The position numbers were made by a program, and so were the translations under genes. Positions 27,612-37,097 of a stretch of DNA of 64,000 nucleotides are shown here, in pieces. A model generated the notes under the pieces. It did no database searches. It was not told the DNA's origin and worked only from the letters and a program-made list of their open reading frames with translations. Numbering within the stretch: the first letter of the stretch is position 1; every line of letters starts with the position of its first letter. Source of the DNA: Phycisphaerales bacterium (GTDB taxonomy: Bacteria > Planctomycetota > Phycisphaerae > Phycisphaerales > UBA1924); contig JAHDXL010000005.1 in assembly GCA_023382935.1 (NCBI GenBank), forward strand, positions 53,717-117,716, given 5' to 3'.

Positions 27612-30600
27612 TCACCCGAGCATCGGCTTGAGGTACTGCCCGGTGTAACTTCCCTTGGCTTTGGCGATCTGTTCGGGTGTTCCCGCCGCGACGACGGTTC
27701 CGCCCCTGTCCCCGCCCTCGGGCCCCAGGTCGATGATCCAGTCGGCGCACTTGATGACGTCGAGGTTGTGCTCAATGACGACCAGCGTGTTGCCGGCCGC
27801 GGCCAGACGGTCGAGCACCTCGAGCAGTTTGCGGATGTCCTCGAAGTGCAGGCCCGTCGTGGGTTCGTCGAGAATGTAGAGCGTGTGCTCGGGGCTGGGC
27901 GTGCCGTCGTAGCGGACGCCCTTTCCCAGTTCGGTCGCGAGTTTGATGCGCTGGGCCTCGCCGCCGGAGAGCGTGGTCGATGGCTGGCCGAGGGTGATGT
28001 AGTCCAGCCCGACGTCGCGCAGGCACTCGGCGAAGCGCAGGATCTTGGGGTGGTTCTCGAAGAACTCGCACGCGGTTTCGACGGTCATGTCGAGCACGTC
28101 GGCGATGGAGCGCCCGCGGTAGGTGACTTCCAGCGTTTCGCGGTTGTAGCGCTTGCCGCGGCAGACTTCGCACTCGACGAAGACATCGGGGAGGAAGTGC
28201 ATTTCGATCTTCTTGAGCCCCTGTCCCTGGCAGGCTTCACAGCGCCCGCCGCCGGAGTGCGCGGGGACGTTGAAGGAGAACCGCCCCGGCTGATAGGCGC
28301 GGATCTTGGCCTCCCTCGTCTGCGTGAAGACCTTGCGGATGTCATCGAAGATGCCGGTGTAGGTGGCCGGGTTTGAACGCGGCGTGCGGCCGATGGGCGA
28401 CTGGTCCACCTCGATGATGCGGTCGACGTGCTGAAGCCCGGTGATGCGGGCGTGCTGCCCGGGTGTGGCGCGGGTGCCGAGCAGGTGCTTGCGCACCGCT
28501 TGGAGAAGGATGTCGTTGACGAGGGTGGATTTTCCCGAGCCGGAGACGCCCGTGACGCAGACGAAGCCGCCGAGCGGAATGGTGACATCAATGTTCTTGA
28601 GGTTGTTCTGGCGGGCGCCCCGGATGGTCAGGGCCTTCTTCTCGGAGAGCGCGCGGCGTCTGGCGGGGATGTCGATCCTGCGCCGCCCGGCGAGATAGTC
28701 GCCGGTGATGCTGGCGGGTGTGTCGCAGATCTGGGTGACGGTGCCCTGCGCGACAATGCGCCCGCCGTGGACCCCCGGTCCGGGTCCGACGTCGAGCACA
28801 TGGTCGGCCGAGCGGATCATGTCTTCATCGTGCTCGACGACCAGAACGGAGTTGCCGATGTCGGTGAGGTGGCGCAGGGTGCGGATGAGCCGGTCGTTGT
28901 CGCGCTGGTGCAGTCCGATGGTCGGCTCGTCGAGCACGTAGCAGGCGCCGACCAGTCCCGAGCCGACCTGCGTGGCCAGACGGATGCGCTGGGCTTCACC
29001 GCCGGAGAGCGTGGCGGTGCGCCGGTCGAGCGAGAGATACTCAAGCCCGACGCTGGTGAGAAAACGCAGGCGGTTGGTGACCTCGCGGAGAATGGGCTGG
29101 GCGATCTGCGCGTGCTCCTGCGTGAGTTTGAGTTGCTCGATGAACGCGACGGCGTCGTTGATGTTGAGCCGCGAGAGTTCAGAGATGTTGAGCATCGAGC
29201 CGTCGTGTCTGGGGCGCCCAATGACGGTGGGAGAAAAGGCGCGTTCCTTCTCGGCCTTGTGTCCGGATTCGATGAGGACGTGCAGGGCCTCGATGCGCAG
29301 TCGGTCGCCGTGGCAGGACGGGCAGATCTTCTCTGTCTGAAACTCGTGCAGGTGGTCCTTGACCCAGGTGGACTCGGTCTTCTCGAACCAGGCGTGGAGC
29401 ATGGGCAGCACGCCCGGCCACTCGACGCCGTACTTCTCTTCGTCGGCCGGTGTGGCGCCGCGGAGAAGGATGCGGCGAAGGTCGGGGTCGAGGCTGCCGA
29501 TGGGCGTGGAGCCGTGGACGTTGTAAGAACGGCAGAATCGGCGCAGGTACGAGGGGTAGATCATTCCGCCCGGCCCGTTTTTCTTCCACGGCGCGATGGC
29601 GCCCTTGAGGATCGGCAGATCCTCGTCGGGGACGACCAGGGCTTCGTCGAACTCGAGAATGGCGCCCAAGCCGTGGCAGGCCGGACAGGCGCCGGAGGGA
29701 GAGTTGAACGAGAACAGTCGCGGGGCGAGTTCTTCCAGAGCAACTTCGGGGTTGTCCGGGTCAGCGAAGTTGGTCGAGAAGGTCTGGTCGGTCCACGCAG
29801 CGCCGGTGGAACGTGCGTCCCGCGTGCTCGTCGCAGGGGCACCGGGCCCGGGCGCGGCGCCCGGGGCGTCGGCGTTCTCCGCGCTGATGATGACGGTTCC
29901 CTGGGCCAGTCGCAACGCGGCTTCGACGCTCTCGGCCAGACGCTGACGCGCGTCTGGGTGGATGGCGATGCGGTCGACGACGGCCTCGACGGTGTGCTTC
30001 TTGTGCCGGTGCAGGTTGAGCGGATTCTCGCTGCCGCTCTTGAGCGCCTCGCGCAGGTCGATCACCTCGCGGTTGACGCGGGCGCGCGTCCAGCCCTGCT
30101 TGAACAGGTCTTCGAGCACGTCCTTGTGAAACCCCTTGCGGTCGCGGACGACCGGGGCGAGAACCATGAGGCGCGTGCCCGCGGGCATGCTCATGAGAGT
30201 ATCGACGATCTGGGTCGAGGTGCTGGCCTCGATGGGGCGGCCCGAGCGCTCGAGAATGGTGCCGTCCTTCCTGGTCTTCGTGGGAGCCCAACTGCGCGGC
30301 GTGCCGCAGCGCGCGAAGAGCAATCGCAGGTAGTCGTAGATCTCGGTGGTGGTCGCCACAGTCGATCGCGGGTTGTGCGCGCTTGACCGTTGCTCGATGG
30401 CGATGGTCGGCGGGATGCCCTCGACCTCCTCGACGTCGGGCTTCTTGAGTTGGTCCAGAAACTGCCGCGCATACGCGGACAGCGACTCCATGTACTTGCG
30501 CTGCCCCTCTGCGAAAATGGTGTCGAAGGCCAGCGAACTCTTGCCCGAACCCGACAGCCCGGTGATAACGACGAGCCGGTCGCGCGGAATCTCGACGTCG

Positions 30601-30752
30601 ATGTTCTTGAGGTTGTGTTCCCTCGCCCCCCGGACGCGAATCAGTCGGTCGTCGTGGGCGGAGGAACGGTGGTAGGGCTTGGGCTCGGGCATGGGCAGGC
30701 GGTCTTCGAGCACGGCTCGGTCGACGGCCGAACTCGCAGTTTGTGGATTCAT
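27612..30752 (-). CDS. uvrA: Excinuclease ABC subunit A
   Basis: 1046 aa. Contains [16 protein letters not shown] and duplicated ABC ATPase modules ([31 protein letters not shown] twice) plus zinc-finger Cys pairs. Longer than typical because of an N-terminal extension and a low-complexity insert. Confidence 0.97.
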   Translation of the reverse strand: MNPQTASSAVDRAVLEDRLPMPEPKPYHRSSAHDDRLIRVRGAREHNLKNIDVEIPRDRLVVITGLSGSGKSSLAFDTIFAEGQRKYMESLSAYARQFLDQLKKPDVEEVEGIPPTIAIEQRSSAHNPRSTVATTTEIYDYLRLLFARCGTPRSWAPTKTRKDGTILERSGRPIEASTSTQIVDTLMSMPAGTRLMVLAPVVRDRKGFHKDVLEDLFKQGWTRARVNREVIDLREALKSGSENPLNLHRHKKHTVEAVVDRIAIHPDARQRLAESVEAALRLAQGTVIISAENADAPGAAPGPGAPATSTRDARSTGAAWTDQTFSTNFADPDNPEVALEELAPRLFSFNSPSGACPACHGLGAILEFDEALVVPDEDLPILKGAIAPWKKNGPGGMIYPSYLRRFCRSYNVHGSTPIGSLDPDLRRILLRGATPADEEKYGVEWPGVLPMLHAWFEKTESTWVKDHLHEFQTEKICPSCHGDRLRIEALHVLIESGHKAEKERAFSPTVIGRPRHDGSMLNISELSRLNINDAVAFIEQLKLTQEHAQIAQPILREVTNRLRFLTSVGLEYLSLDRRTATLSGGEAQRIRLATQVGSGLVGACYVLDEPTIGLHQRDNDRLIRTLRHLTDIGNSVLVVEHDEDMIRSADHVLDVGPGPGVHGGRIVAQGTVTQICDTPASITGDYLAGRRRIDIPARRRALSEKKALTIRGARQNNLKNIDVTIPLGGFVCVTGVSGSGKSTLVNDILLQAVRKHLLGTRATPGQHARITGLQHVDRIIEVDQSPIGRTPRSNPATYTGIFDDIRKVFTQTREAKIRAYQPGRFSFNVPAHSGGGRCEACQGQGLKKIEMHFLPDVFVECEVCRGKRYNRETLEVTYRGRSIADVLDMTVETACEFFENHPKILRFAECLRDVGLDYITLGQPSTTLSGGEAQRIKLATELGKGVRYDGTPSPEHTLYILDEPTTGLHFEDIRKLLEVLDRLAAAGNTLVVIEHNLDVIKCADWIIDLGPEGGDRGGTVVAAGTPEQIAKAKGSYTGQYLKPMLG

Positions 30753-30832
30753 GTTCTCTCTCGGTCCAGGGTGTGCATGGTAGGTCGATGGTCGGTGGAA
30801 AATGCGCGAAACTGAGTGCTGTGTTCTCCGAG

Positions 30833-30846
30833 TTAGTATATACTAA
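30833..30846. promoter_or_regulatory. Perfect 14-bp AT-rich palindrome TTAGTATATACTAA in the uvrA divergent promoter region (candidate operator / -10 region)
   Basis: Read directly. Lies about 80 bp upstream of the uvrA ATG (30752) and 15 bp upstream of ATG 30861. Stands out against the GC-rich background. Any function is inference. Confidence 0.35.
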
Positions 30847-30860
30847 TTTGAAGGTGTGCC

Positions 30861-31214
30861 ATGAGTGAACCACCACCGGTTCGGGTGGATGCGAACGGCA
30901 CAAGGCTCGGCGCGATCGGGTGGATTCGACGCGCGGGGTTGTTGGTCTGGGCATTTGCGCTCGGCGGGCTCAGCCTGGTTTTCGGCTTCGCCGAGGCCGG
31001 CGAAGGCTGGGTCAATCTACTTGCCCACGCGATGCTGAGCGGCGCGATGGTGGCGCTGGCGTCGTCGGCGTGGTTGTGGCCCCGAGTGGGCGGAGTGCTG
31101 CTGACGGCGGCGGGCGCATGGGGCATGTGGTGCTTCCCGCACCAGTTCGCCGTCTATGCGCTTGCGCTGCCCGCGCTGATCCTCGGGCTGATCGCGCTCT
31201 TTTCAGGGAAGTGA
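30861..31214 (+). CDS. Hypothetical integral membrane protein
   Basis: 117 aa. Three to four hydrophobic helices (LLVWAFALGGLSLVFGF, AMLSGAMVALASSAWLW, VYALALPALILGLIALF). GC3-rich. No family recognised. Confidence 0.55.
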   Translation: MSEPPPVRVDANGTRLGAIGWIRRAGLLVWAFALGGLSLVFGFAEAGEGWVNLLAHAMLSGAMVALASSAWLWPRVGGVLLTAAGAWGMWCFPHQFAVYALALPALILGLIALFSGK

Positions 31215-31382
31215 CGGCGGCGCCCGCTCGGACGACCGCTGGGCAGCCGCCTGTTGCTGGGCGGCGAAGCGGCGCTGCATCTGGAACATGCCGAGCACCA
31301 CCAGCCCGATGGCGATGCCCAGGACGTAGTAGCCCAGGCGCTGTGGGAAGGTGCTGGCGGTGTCGGTCTGGAGTCGGTGCAC
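31203..31382 (-). CDS. Possible small (59-aa) single-pass membrane protein just downstream of uvrB
   Basis: Below the ORF-track size cutoff. GTG 31382 lies 8 nt after the uvrB stop. Translation is VHRLQTDTASTFPQRLGYYVLGIAIGLVVLGMFQMQRRFAAQQQAAAQRSSERAPPSLP*. Strong G/C third-position bias. Overlaps the 3' end of the convergent gene by 12 nt. Confidence 0.3.
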   Translation of the reverse strand: MHRLQTDTASTFPQRLGYYVLGIAIGLVVLGMFQMQRRFAAQQQAAAQRSSERAPPSLP

Positions 31383-31390
31383 GAGTGAGT

Positions 31391-33625
31391 TTAGCGCCCC
31401 CTGCGGCTGGGACGGGGCCTGGACTTGATTTGGCCCCCGGAGCGGCGGGGGCCGGCCTTGCGGGCAGACTGCTCTAGATCGGAGCGTCGGATGAGCACCG
31501 GGCCTTCTCCCGGATCGGCGGCGGCGACGAGTTCGCGGACCCGCTGCAACTGGTCGCGCAGGTGCGCGGCCTTCTCGAACTCCAGCGATTCGGCGGCCTC
31601 GCGCATGTCGGCTTCGAGTTCGGTGATGAGCAGATCGGCGTCGACGGCCGGCTCGTGCGTTTCGACGGCCTCGCGGGCCTTCTTGCGGGCTTTCAGTTCG
31701 GTCTCGATGCCGCGACGGATGGCCTTCTGAATGGTCTGCGGCGTGATGCCGTGGGCTTCGTTGTAGGCGATCTGCTTGGCACGGCGGCGTTCGGTCTCTT
31801 CGATGGCGGCCTGCATCGAGGGCGTCATCTGATCGGCGTACATGATGACGCTGGAGTTTGCGTTGCGCGCGGCCCGGCCCATCTGCTGGATCAGGCTGGT
31901 GGCGCTGCGGAGATATCCCTCCTTGTCGGCGTCGAGGATGCAGACCAGCGAGACTTCGGGCAGGTCAAGCCCTTCGCGCAGCAGGTTGACGCCGACGAGG
32001 ATGTCGAAGGCGCCTTCACGCAGTTCGGTGAGGATCTCGACGCGCTCGAGCGTATCGATCTCGGAGTGGAGATAGCGGACGCGCAGGCCCTGGCGATCGA
32101 GGTAGTTGGTCAGATCCTCGCACAGGCGCTTGGTAAGCGCGGTCACGAGCACGCGCTCGCCCCGGGCGGCCACATCGCGGCAACGCTCGACCAAGTCGGT
32201 GACCTGCCCGCGGGCCGGGCGCACCTCGACAGCCGGATCGACCAGACCAGTTGGGCGGATGACCTGCTCGGCGATTTCGCCGGCGCAGGCCTGGAGTTCG
32301 TAGGGCCCGGGCGTGGCGCTGACGAAGAGAATCTGCGGGACGATGGACTCGAACTCCTCGAAGCGGAGGGGTCGGTTGTCCAGAGCGCTGGGCAGGCGGA
32401 AGCCGTGCTCGACGAGCACTTCCTTGCGCGCCCGGTCGCCGTTGAACATGGCCCGGATCTGCGGGAGCGTCACGTGGGACTCGTCGATGATGAGGAGCCA
32501 GTCTCGGTAGTTGGGCCTTTGACGAAGAGATGGAGAGTCAAAGAGGCGGGGAGACGAAGTGTCGGAGTCGTGCGTCGCTTCCGCGGCGTCATGCCGGCCT
32601 GTTGTGGTTCCACTGGCGCTGTCGGCCGGGGGAGCGAAGTCGAAGTAATCGAGCAGGGTGTAGGGTCGTTCTCCGGGCTGGCGTCCGTCGAGGAAGCGCG
32701 AGTAGTTCTCGATGCCGGAACAGAAGCCGATTTCCTCGATCAGTTCCAGGTCGTACTTCGTGCGCGCGAGCAGGCGCTGGGCTTCGAGCAGTTTGCCCTG
32801 CGAGCGCAGGGCAAGGACGCGGTCATCGAGTTCGGCGCGGATGCCGGCGACGGCCGCTTGCAACTGGTCGTCGGGCATGACGTAGTGCACGGCGGGGAAA
32901 AGGAAGAACTGGCGTTCCTCGGCCAGCAGTTCGCCGCTGGTGGGGTTGACCAGTTCGAGTTGATCGATTTCGTCGCCGAAGAGTTCGATGCGGACGGCGA
33001 ACTTCTCGTAGGCGGGCCAGATGTCGATGGTGTCGCCCCGGACACGGTAGAGCCCGCGCTTCCACTCCATGTCGTTGCGCTGATACTGCATGGCGTTGAG
33101 GGAGAGGAAGAAATCGCGCCGGTTCATACGGGCGCCGCGGGTGATGGTGAGCACCTTCTGCGAGTAGGCAGTGGGGGAGCCGAGCCCGAAGATGCACGAG
33201 ACCGAGGCGATGACGACAGTGTCGCGCCGAGAGAGCAGGTTGCTGGTGGCGGCGAGACGCAACTGATCGAGGTCGTCATTCCGGCTGGCGTCCTTCTCGA
33301 TGTAGATGTCGCGGGCGGGGATGTAGGCCTCGGGCTGGTAGTAGTCGTAGTACGAGACGAAGTAGTTGACTGAGTTGTGGGGGAAGAAGGCGCGGAGTTC
33401 CTCGAACAACTGGGCGGCCAGCGTCTTGTTGTGGCTGATGATCAGCGTGGGCTTGCCAAGGGCGGCGATGACATTGGCCATCGTGAAGGTCTTGCCGGTG
33501 CCGGTTGCTCCGAGCAGACAGGCGCCCCGGGCGCCCGAGCCGAGGCGCTGGACCAGTTGTGCGATGGCCTCGGGCTGGTCGCCTGTGGGCTGAAATGGGC
33601 TGACGACCTGGAAGGACTGTGCCAC
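31391..33625 (-). CDS. uvrB: Excinuclease ABC subunit B
   Basis: 744 aa. N-terminus [15 protein letters not shown], Walker [23 protein letters not shown] motif and a C-terminal UVR domain ([12 protein letters not shown]). Confidence 0.97.
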   Translation of the reverse strand: MAQSFQVVSPFQPTGDQPEAIAQLVQRLGSGARGACLLGATGTGKTFTMANVIAALGKPTLIISHNKTLAAQLFEELRAFFPHNSVNYFVSYYDYYQPEAYIPARDIYIEKDASRNDDLDQLRLAATSNLLSRRDTVVIASVSCIFGLGSPTAYSQKVLTITRGARMNRRDFFLSLNAMQYQRNDMEWKRGLYRVRGDTIDIWPAYEKFAVRIELFGDEIDQLELVNPTSGELLAEERQFFLFPAVHYVMPDDQLQAAVAGIRAELDDRVLALRSQGKLLEAQRLLARTKYDLELIEEIGFCSGIENYSRFLDGRQPGERPYTLLDYFDFAPPADSASGTTTGRHDAAEATHDSDTSSPRLFDSPSLRQRPNYRDWLLIIDESHVTLPQIRAMFNGDRARKEVLVEHGFRLPSALDNRPLRFEEFESIVPQILFVSATPGPYELQACAGEIAEQVIRPTGLVDPAVEVRPARGQVTDLVERCRDVAARGERVLVTALTKRLCEDLTNYLDRQGLRVRYLHSEIDTLERVEILTELREGAFDILVGVNLLREGLDLPEVSLVCILDADKEGYLRSATSLIQQMGRAARNANSSVIMYADQMTPSMQAAIEETERRRAKQIAYNEAHGITPQTIQKAIRRGIETELKARKKAREAVETHEPAVDADLLITELEADMREAAESLEFEKAAHLRDQLQRVRELVAAADPGEGPVLIRRSDLEQSARKAGPRRSGGQIKSRPRPSRRGR

Positions 33626-33854
33626 GGGGCGATGATACGCAGGGGCGGGTTTGGAATCTGCGCGGGTTGTGCGGGCGGTGCCGAGCGTGGAGATGTCCGC
33701 AAGCGGAACTCGACATACGAATTCGTCGAATGGACTGATGAGGGAGGGGCGTAGTCACGCCCTTGAATGGGGTTCCGTAGAAGGAGTCGGCCCAGAATGC
33801 CCTTGAAGATGGGTTCTGGTCGGCTCGTCCGCTCACTTGGAAGGGGACTTGTCG

Positions 33855-36353
33855 ATGCGAAATCGGAATGCTGTTGTGCTCGCCTTCGCGCTGGTCGCGG
33901 GCGGGACTTGCTCGTTTTCTTCGGCCCAACTCGTGGACGGCCCGCCTGGGCTGCTCCAGGCCGAGTTGGACCAGATCATTACCAGCCAGTTGGAAGAGAT
34001 GCTTTTCGGGCGTTTGCCTCGCGAGCATCAGTCGGCGATCTTGGCGGCCTCGCCCTCGGAGTTCTGCGAGCGGTTGCCGGATGACGCGACGGTCTCGGAT
34101 GTGCGGTATGAGCACGTCAAGGGTTACATCAGCCGCGATGGCTTCGATCGGATGCGCCCCGAACACCGGCTGGCGCTGGCGACGTTGATTCGCAGCCGGA
34201 TCGACGGGATCGCGGTGCCCGCGTTGTGCTTTGAGCCGGGCAGCGTGGATGATGAAACCGCGTATGCGTTCAGCCTGGTCCTGTTCGGCGACAACGCACG
34301 CTATCAGCAGACGACGCGCTGGACTTCGACGGCATTGAGCGGGGGCGGGCTGACGCAGGGCACGCCGACGATCCTGACCTACTCGTTCGTTCCGGACGGA
34401 ACCTTCTGCCCGAACATCACGGGGTGGAGCGGGAACAGCACGTTGTTCGCGTGGCTGAACTCGCGCTACGGGAGCCAGGCCACCTGGAAGCCTCTGTTTG
34501 ACCAGGTGTTCGCGCGGTGGGCGAGCCTGACGGGCCTGAGTTACGTGTATGAGCCCAACGACGATGGTGTGACCCTGAACCAGAATCCGGGCGTGGCCGG
34601 CGTGCGTGGCGACGTGCGCATCGCGGCCATGACCCTCGATGGAAACAGCGGAGTGCTGGCGTACAACAACTTCCCGCAGGACGGGGACATGGTGCTCGAC
34701 GCCTATGACTCATTCTACAACATCACGTCGTCCAACTCGCTGCGCCTGCGCAACGTGGTGGCGCACGAGCACGGACACGGACTTGGCATGCTGCACGTGT
34801 GCCCGGCCAATGCCACCAAGTTGATGGAGCCGTACGTCTCAACATCGTATGACGGGCCGCAGACCGATGACATCCTCAACGGCAACCGGCACTACGGCGA
34901 CTACCTCGAGCACAACGACACGGCGGCCACGGCGAGCGCACTGGGTGATCCGGGCTTCGGTGTGTCGCGGACCAACGTCTCGATCGACGACAACTCGGAC
35001 GTGGACTACTACTCCTTTACGGTGGCGGAACCCAAGCAGGTGGTCGCCAGTGTGACGCCTCGAGGCGGAGAGTACCTTCAGGGCACGCAGACCAGCGCCT
35101 GCGACACCGGCACGCTGACGAACTACAACATCGTGCACAATCTGGCCATTGACCTGATCGGCACCAACGGAACGACGGTGCTGGCGACGGTGAACGACTA
35201 CGGGGTGGGCGTGGCCGAGACACTCAACGCGGTGGTCATCGATCCGGGAACGTACTACCTGCGTGTGCGAGGCGATGCGACCAACTCGTGTCAGTTGTAT
35301 GACCTGCTGGTGAGCACGCTGCCGGCGACGCCGATCGTGCTGAACACCATCACGCCGGCGCCGAGCGTCATCGCGCCAGGTTCGATCGCCTCTTTCGACG
35401 TGGAAATCATCGGCGTGACGCAGAGCATCGCAGCGGCGAATCTGCGCTATCGCGACAACGGCGGCGCGTATCAGACGATCGCGCTGTCGGGCTTGGGCGG
35501 CAACGCGTATCGTGCGACGCTGCCGGCGCCGGACTGCGGCGACGTGCCGGAGTTCTATATCGAGGCCACTGGCTCGGGCGGATACGTGGCCACTCTGCCC
35601 TCGGGCGGTGCGAGCGACCCGTACGGCGCCACGGTGGGCGTGGAGACGGTGGTGATGTACGACAACGCGGAGACCAACATCGGATGGACCGTCACGGGCA
35701 CGGCCACTGACGGGCAGTGGAGCCGCGGCGTGCCGGCGGGCGACGGAACGCGCGGCGATCCGCTCGTGGATGGCGACGGCTCGGGCGCCGCCTGGCTGAC
35801 CGACAATGTGCTCGGCAACTCGGACGTGGACAACGGAACGACGATCCTCACCAGTCCGGTGCTCGATGCATCGCACCCGGCGTCGGTTCTCTCGTACTGG
35901 ACGTGGTTCTCCAACACGGCCGGCGCGGCGCCCAACGAGGACGTGATGACGGTCGAAGTCTCGGGCAACAACGGCAGCACTTGGACGACGGTCGAGGTGA
36001 TCGGGCCGACCGGGCCCCGGGCTTCGGGCGGGTGGTACTGGACCAGCGTGAGTGTGTCCAACTACGTGACGCCTTCCAATCAGTTCCGCATTCGTTTCAC
36101 GGCCGCCGACACAGGCTCCGGCTCGGTGGTCGAGGCGGGTGTGGACGGGGTGTCCATCACCGCGTTCTCGTGCGAGCAGGAGCAGTGCCTGGCCGACTTC
36201 AACAGCGACGGCGTTCTCAACTTCTTCGACGTGCAGGCGTTCCTGGCGGCGTTCAACGCCCACAATCCTGCGGCCGACATGAACGGCGACTCCAACTTTG
36301 ACTTCTTCGACGTGCAGGCGTTCCTGTCGGCGTTTGCGGCCGGCTGCCCGTAA
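33855..36353 (+). CDS. Secreted M10-like metzincin protease with two C-terminal Cys-terminated dockerin-like repeats
   Basis: Signal peptide MRNRNAVVLAFALVAGG. VVAHEHGHGLGMLHV plus a KLMEP Met-turn. Pre-peptidase-like beta domains. C-terminus DFNSDGVLNFFDVQAFLAAF...DMNGDSNFDFFDVQAFLSAFAAGCP. ATG 33855 follows GGAAGGGGA. Confidence 0.85.
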   Translation: MRNRNAVVLAFALVAGGTCSFSSAQLVDGPPGLLQAELDQIITSQLEEMLFGRLPREHQSAILAASPSEFCERLPDDATVSDVRYEHVKGYISRDGFDRMRPEHRLALATLIRSRIDGIAVPALCFEPGSVDDETAYAFSLVLFGDNARYQQTTRWTSTALSGGGLTQGTPTILTYSFVPDGTFCPNITGWSGNSTLFAWLNSRYGSQATWKPLFDQVFARWASLTGLSYVYEPNDDGVTLNQNPGVAGVRGDVRIAAMTLDGNSGVLAYNNFPQDGDMVLDAYDSFYNITSSNSLRLRNVVAHEHGHGLGMLHVCPANATKLMEPYVSTSYDGPQTDDILNGNRHYGDYLEHNDTAATASALGDPGFGVSRTNVSIDDNSDVDYYSFTVAEPKQVVASVTPRGGEYLQGTQTSACDTGTLTNYNIVHNLAIDLIGTNGTTVLATVNDYGVGVAETLNAVVIDPGTYYLRVRGDATNSCQLYDLLVSTLPATPIVLNTITPAPSVIAPGSIASFDVEIIGVTQSIAAANLRYRDNGGAYQTIALSGLGGNAYRATLPAPDCGDVPEFYIEATGSGGYVATLPSGGASDPYGATVGVETVVMYDNAETNIGWTVTGTATDGQWSRGVPAGDGTRGDPLVDGDGSGAAWLTDNVLGNSDVDNGTTILTSPVLDASHPASVLSYWTWFSNTAGAAPNEDVMTVEVSGNNGSTWTTVEVIGPTGPRASGGWYWTSVSVSNYVTPSNQFRIRFTAADTGSGSVVEAGVDGVSITAFSCEQEQCLADFNSDGVLNFFDVQAFLAAFNAHNPAADMNGDSNFDFFDVQAFLSAFAAGCP

Positions 36354-36445
36354 AGTCGAGGCAAGACCCGAATCTGTGCAGGGGCGAGTTCGAAGGGGCT
36401 CGCCCCTGTTTGTCTTGTGACGCGGGCGGACGACTACAGTTGCCC

Positions 36446-37066
36446 ATGCGTGCAGACGGGAAGCGGTGGATGTGCGTGGTGGTGGTGGGCGGCGCGGCGG
36501 CCGGACTGATAGGCTGCGAGCGTCAGGCGGGCTCTCCGGGTGCGGCGTCAGGGGCGGGATGGCGTGAGGTGAGTGAGGAGCAACTGACACCGACTCGCAA
36601 GGTCGCCCGTGATGCGGCCTTGTCGGCGATCGACGATCTTCAGCAGACGCTGCTGGCGCAGGTCTCGGCAAGCATCCAGCAGCGCGGGCCGGCGGGCACC
36701 ATCACCGTGTGCAAGGATCTTGCTCCGGAACTGGCCGAAGAGGTGGGACGCACTCATGGCGTGCGGATCGGCCGCACGTCGCACCGGTTGCGGAACCCCC
36801 GCAACACCGGCCCGGCGTGGATGAAACCGGTGGTGGAGGCGCAGCGCGATGAGGTGGTGATGATGGCCGGCCCCGGTGACGCGGTGCGGCTGGCGATCCC
36901 GATCCATGTCGCGGCGCCTTGTCTGGCCTGTCATGGCCGGCCCGACTTGCTCGCGGCCGAGGTGGTGACGGCGCTGGGTGAGCAATATCCTGATGACGAG
37001 GCGACGGGCTTCGCCGAAGGCGACCTGCGCGGTTGGTTTTGGGTTGAAACAGTCGAAACGCCATAG
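36446..37066 (+). CDS. DUF3365-like lipoprotein with c-type haem motif
   Basis: Lipobox LIGC. Single CLACH (CxxCH). Overall pattern resembles Tll0287-like/DUF3365 proteins (ITVCKDLAPE...GRTSHRLRNPRN...GWFWVE). Confidence 0.65.
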   Translation: MRADGKRWMCVVVVGGAAAGLIGCERQAGSPGAASGAGWREVSEEQLTPTRKVARDAALSAIDDLQQTLLAQVSASIQQRGPAGTITVCKDLAPELAEEVGRTHGVRIGRTSHRLRNPRNTGPAWMKPVVEAQRDEVVMMAGPGDAVRLAIPIHVAAPCLACHGRPDLLAAEVVTALGEQYPDDEATGFAEGDLRGWFWVETVETP

Positions 37067-37097
37067 GCGCCAAGCGGCGCGACATGAGGGAAGCACG

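Noticed and set aside
33716-33725. Palindrome ACGAATTCGT upstream of uvrB as a second copy of the uvrA operator.
   Set aside because: Its sequence is unrelated to TTAGTATATACTAA. It is only 10 bp, so there is no support for a shared SOS box from these two sites alone.
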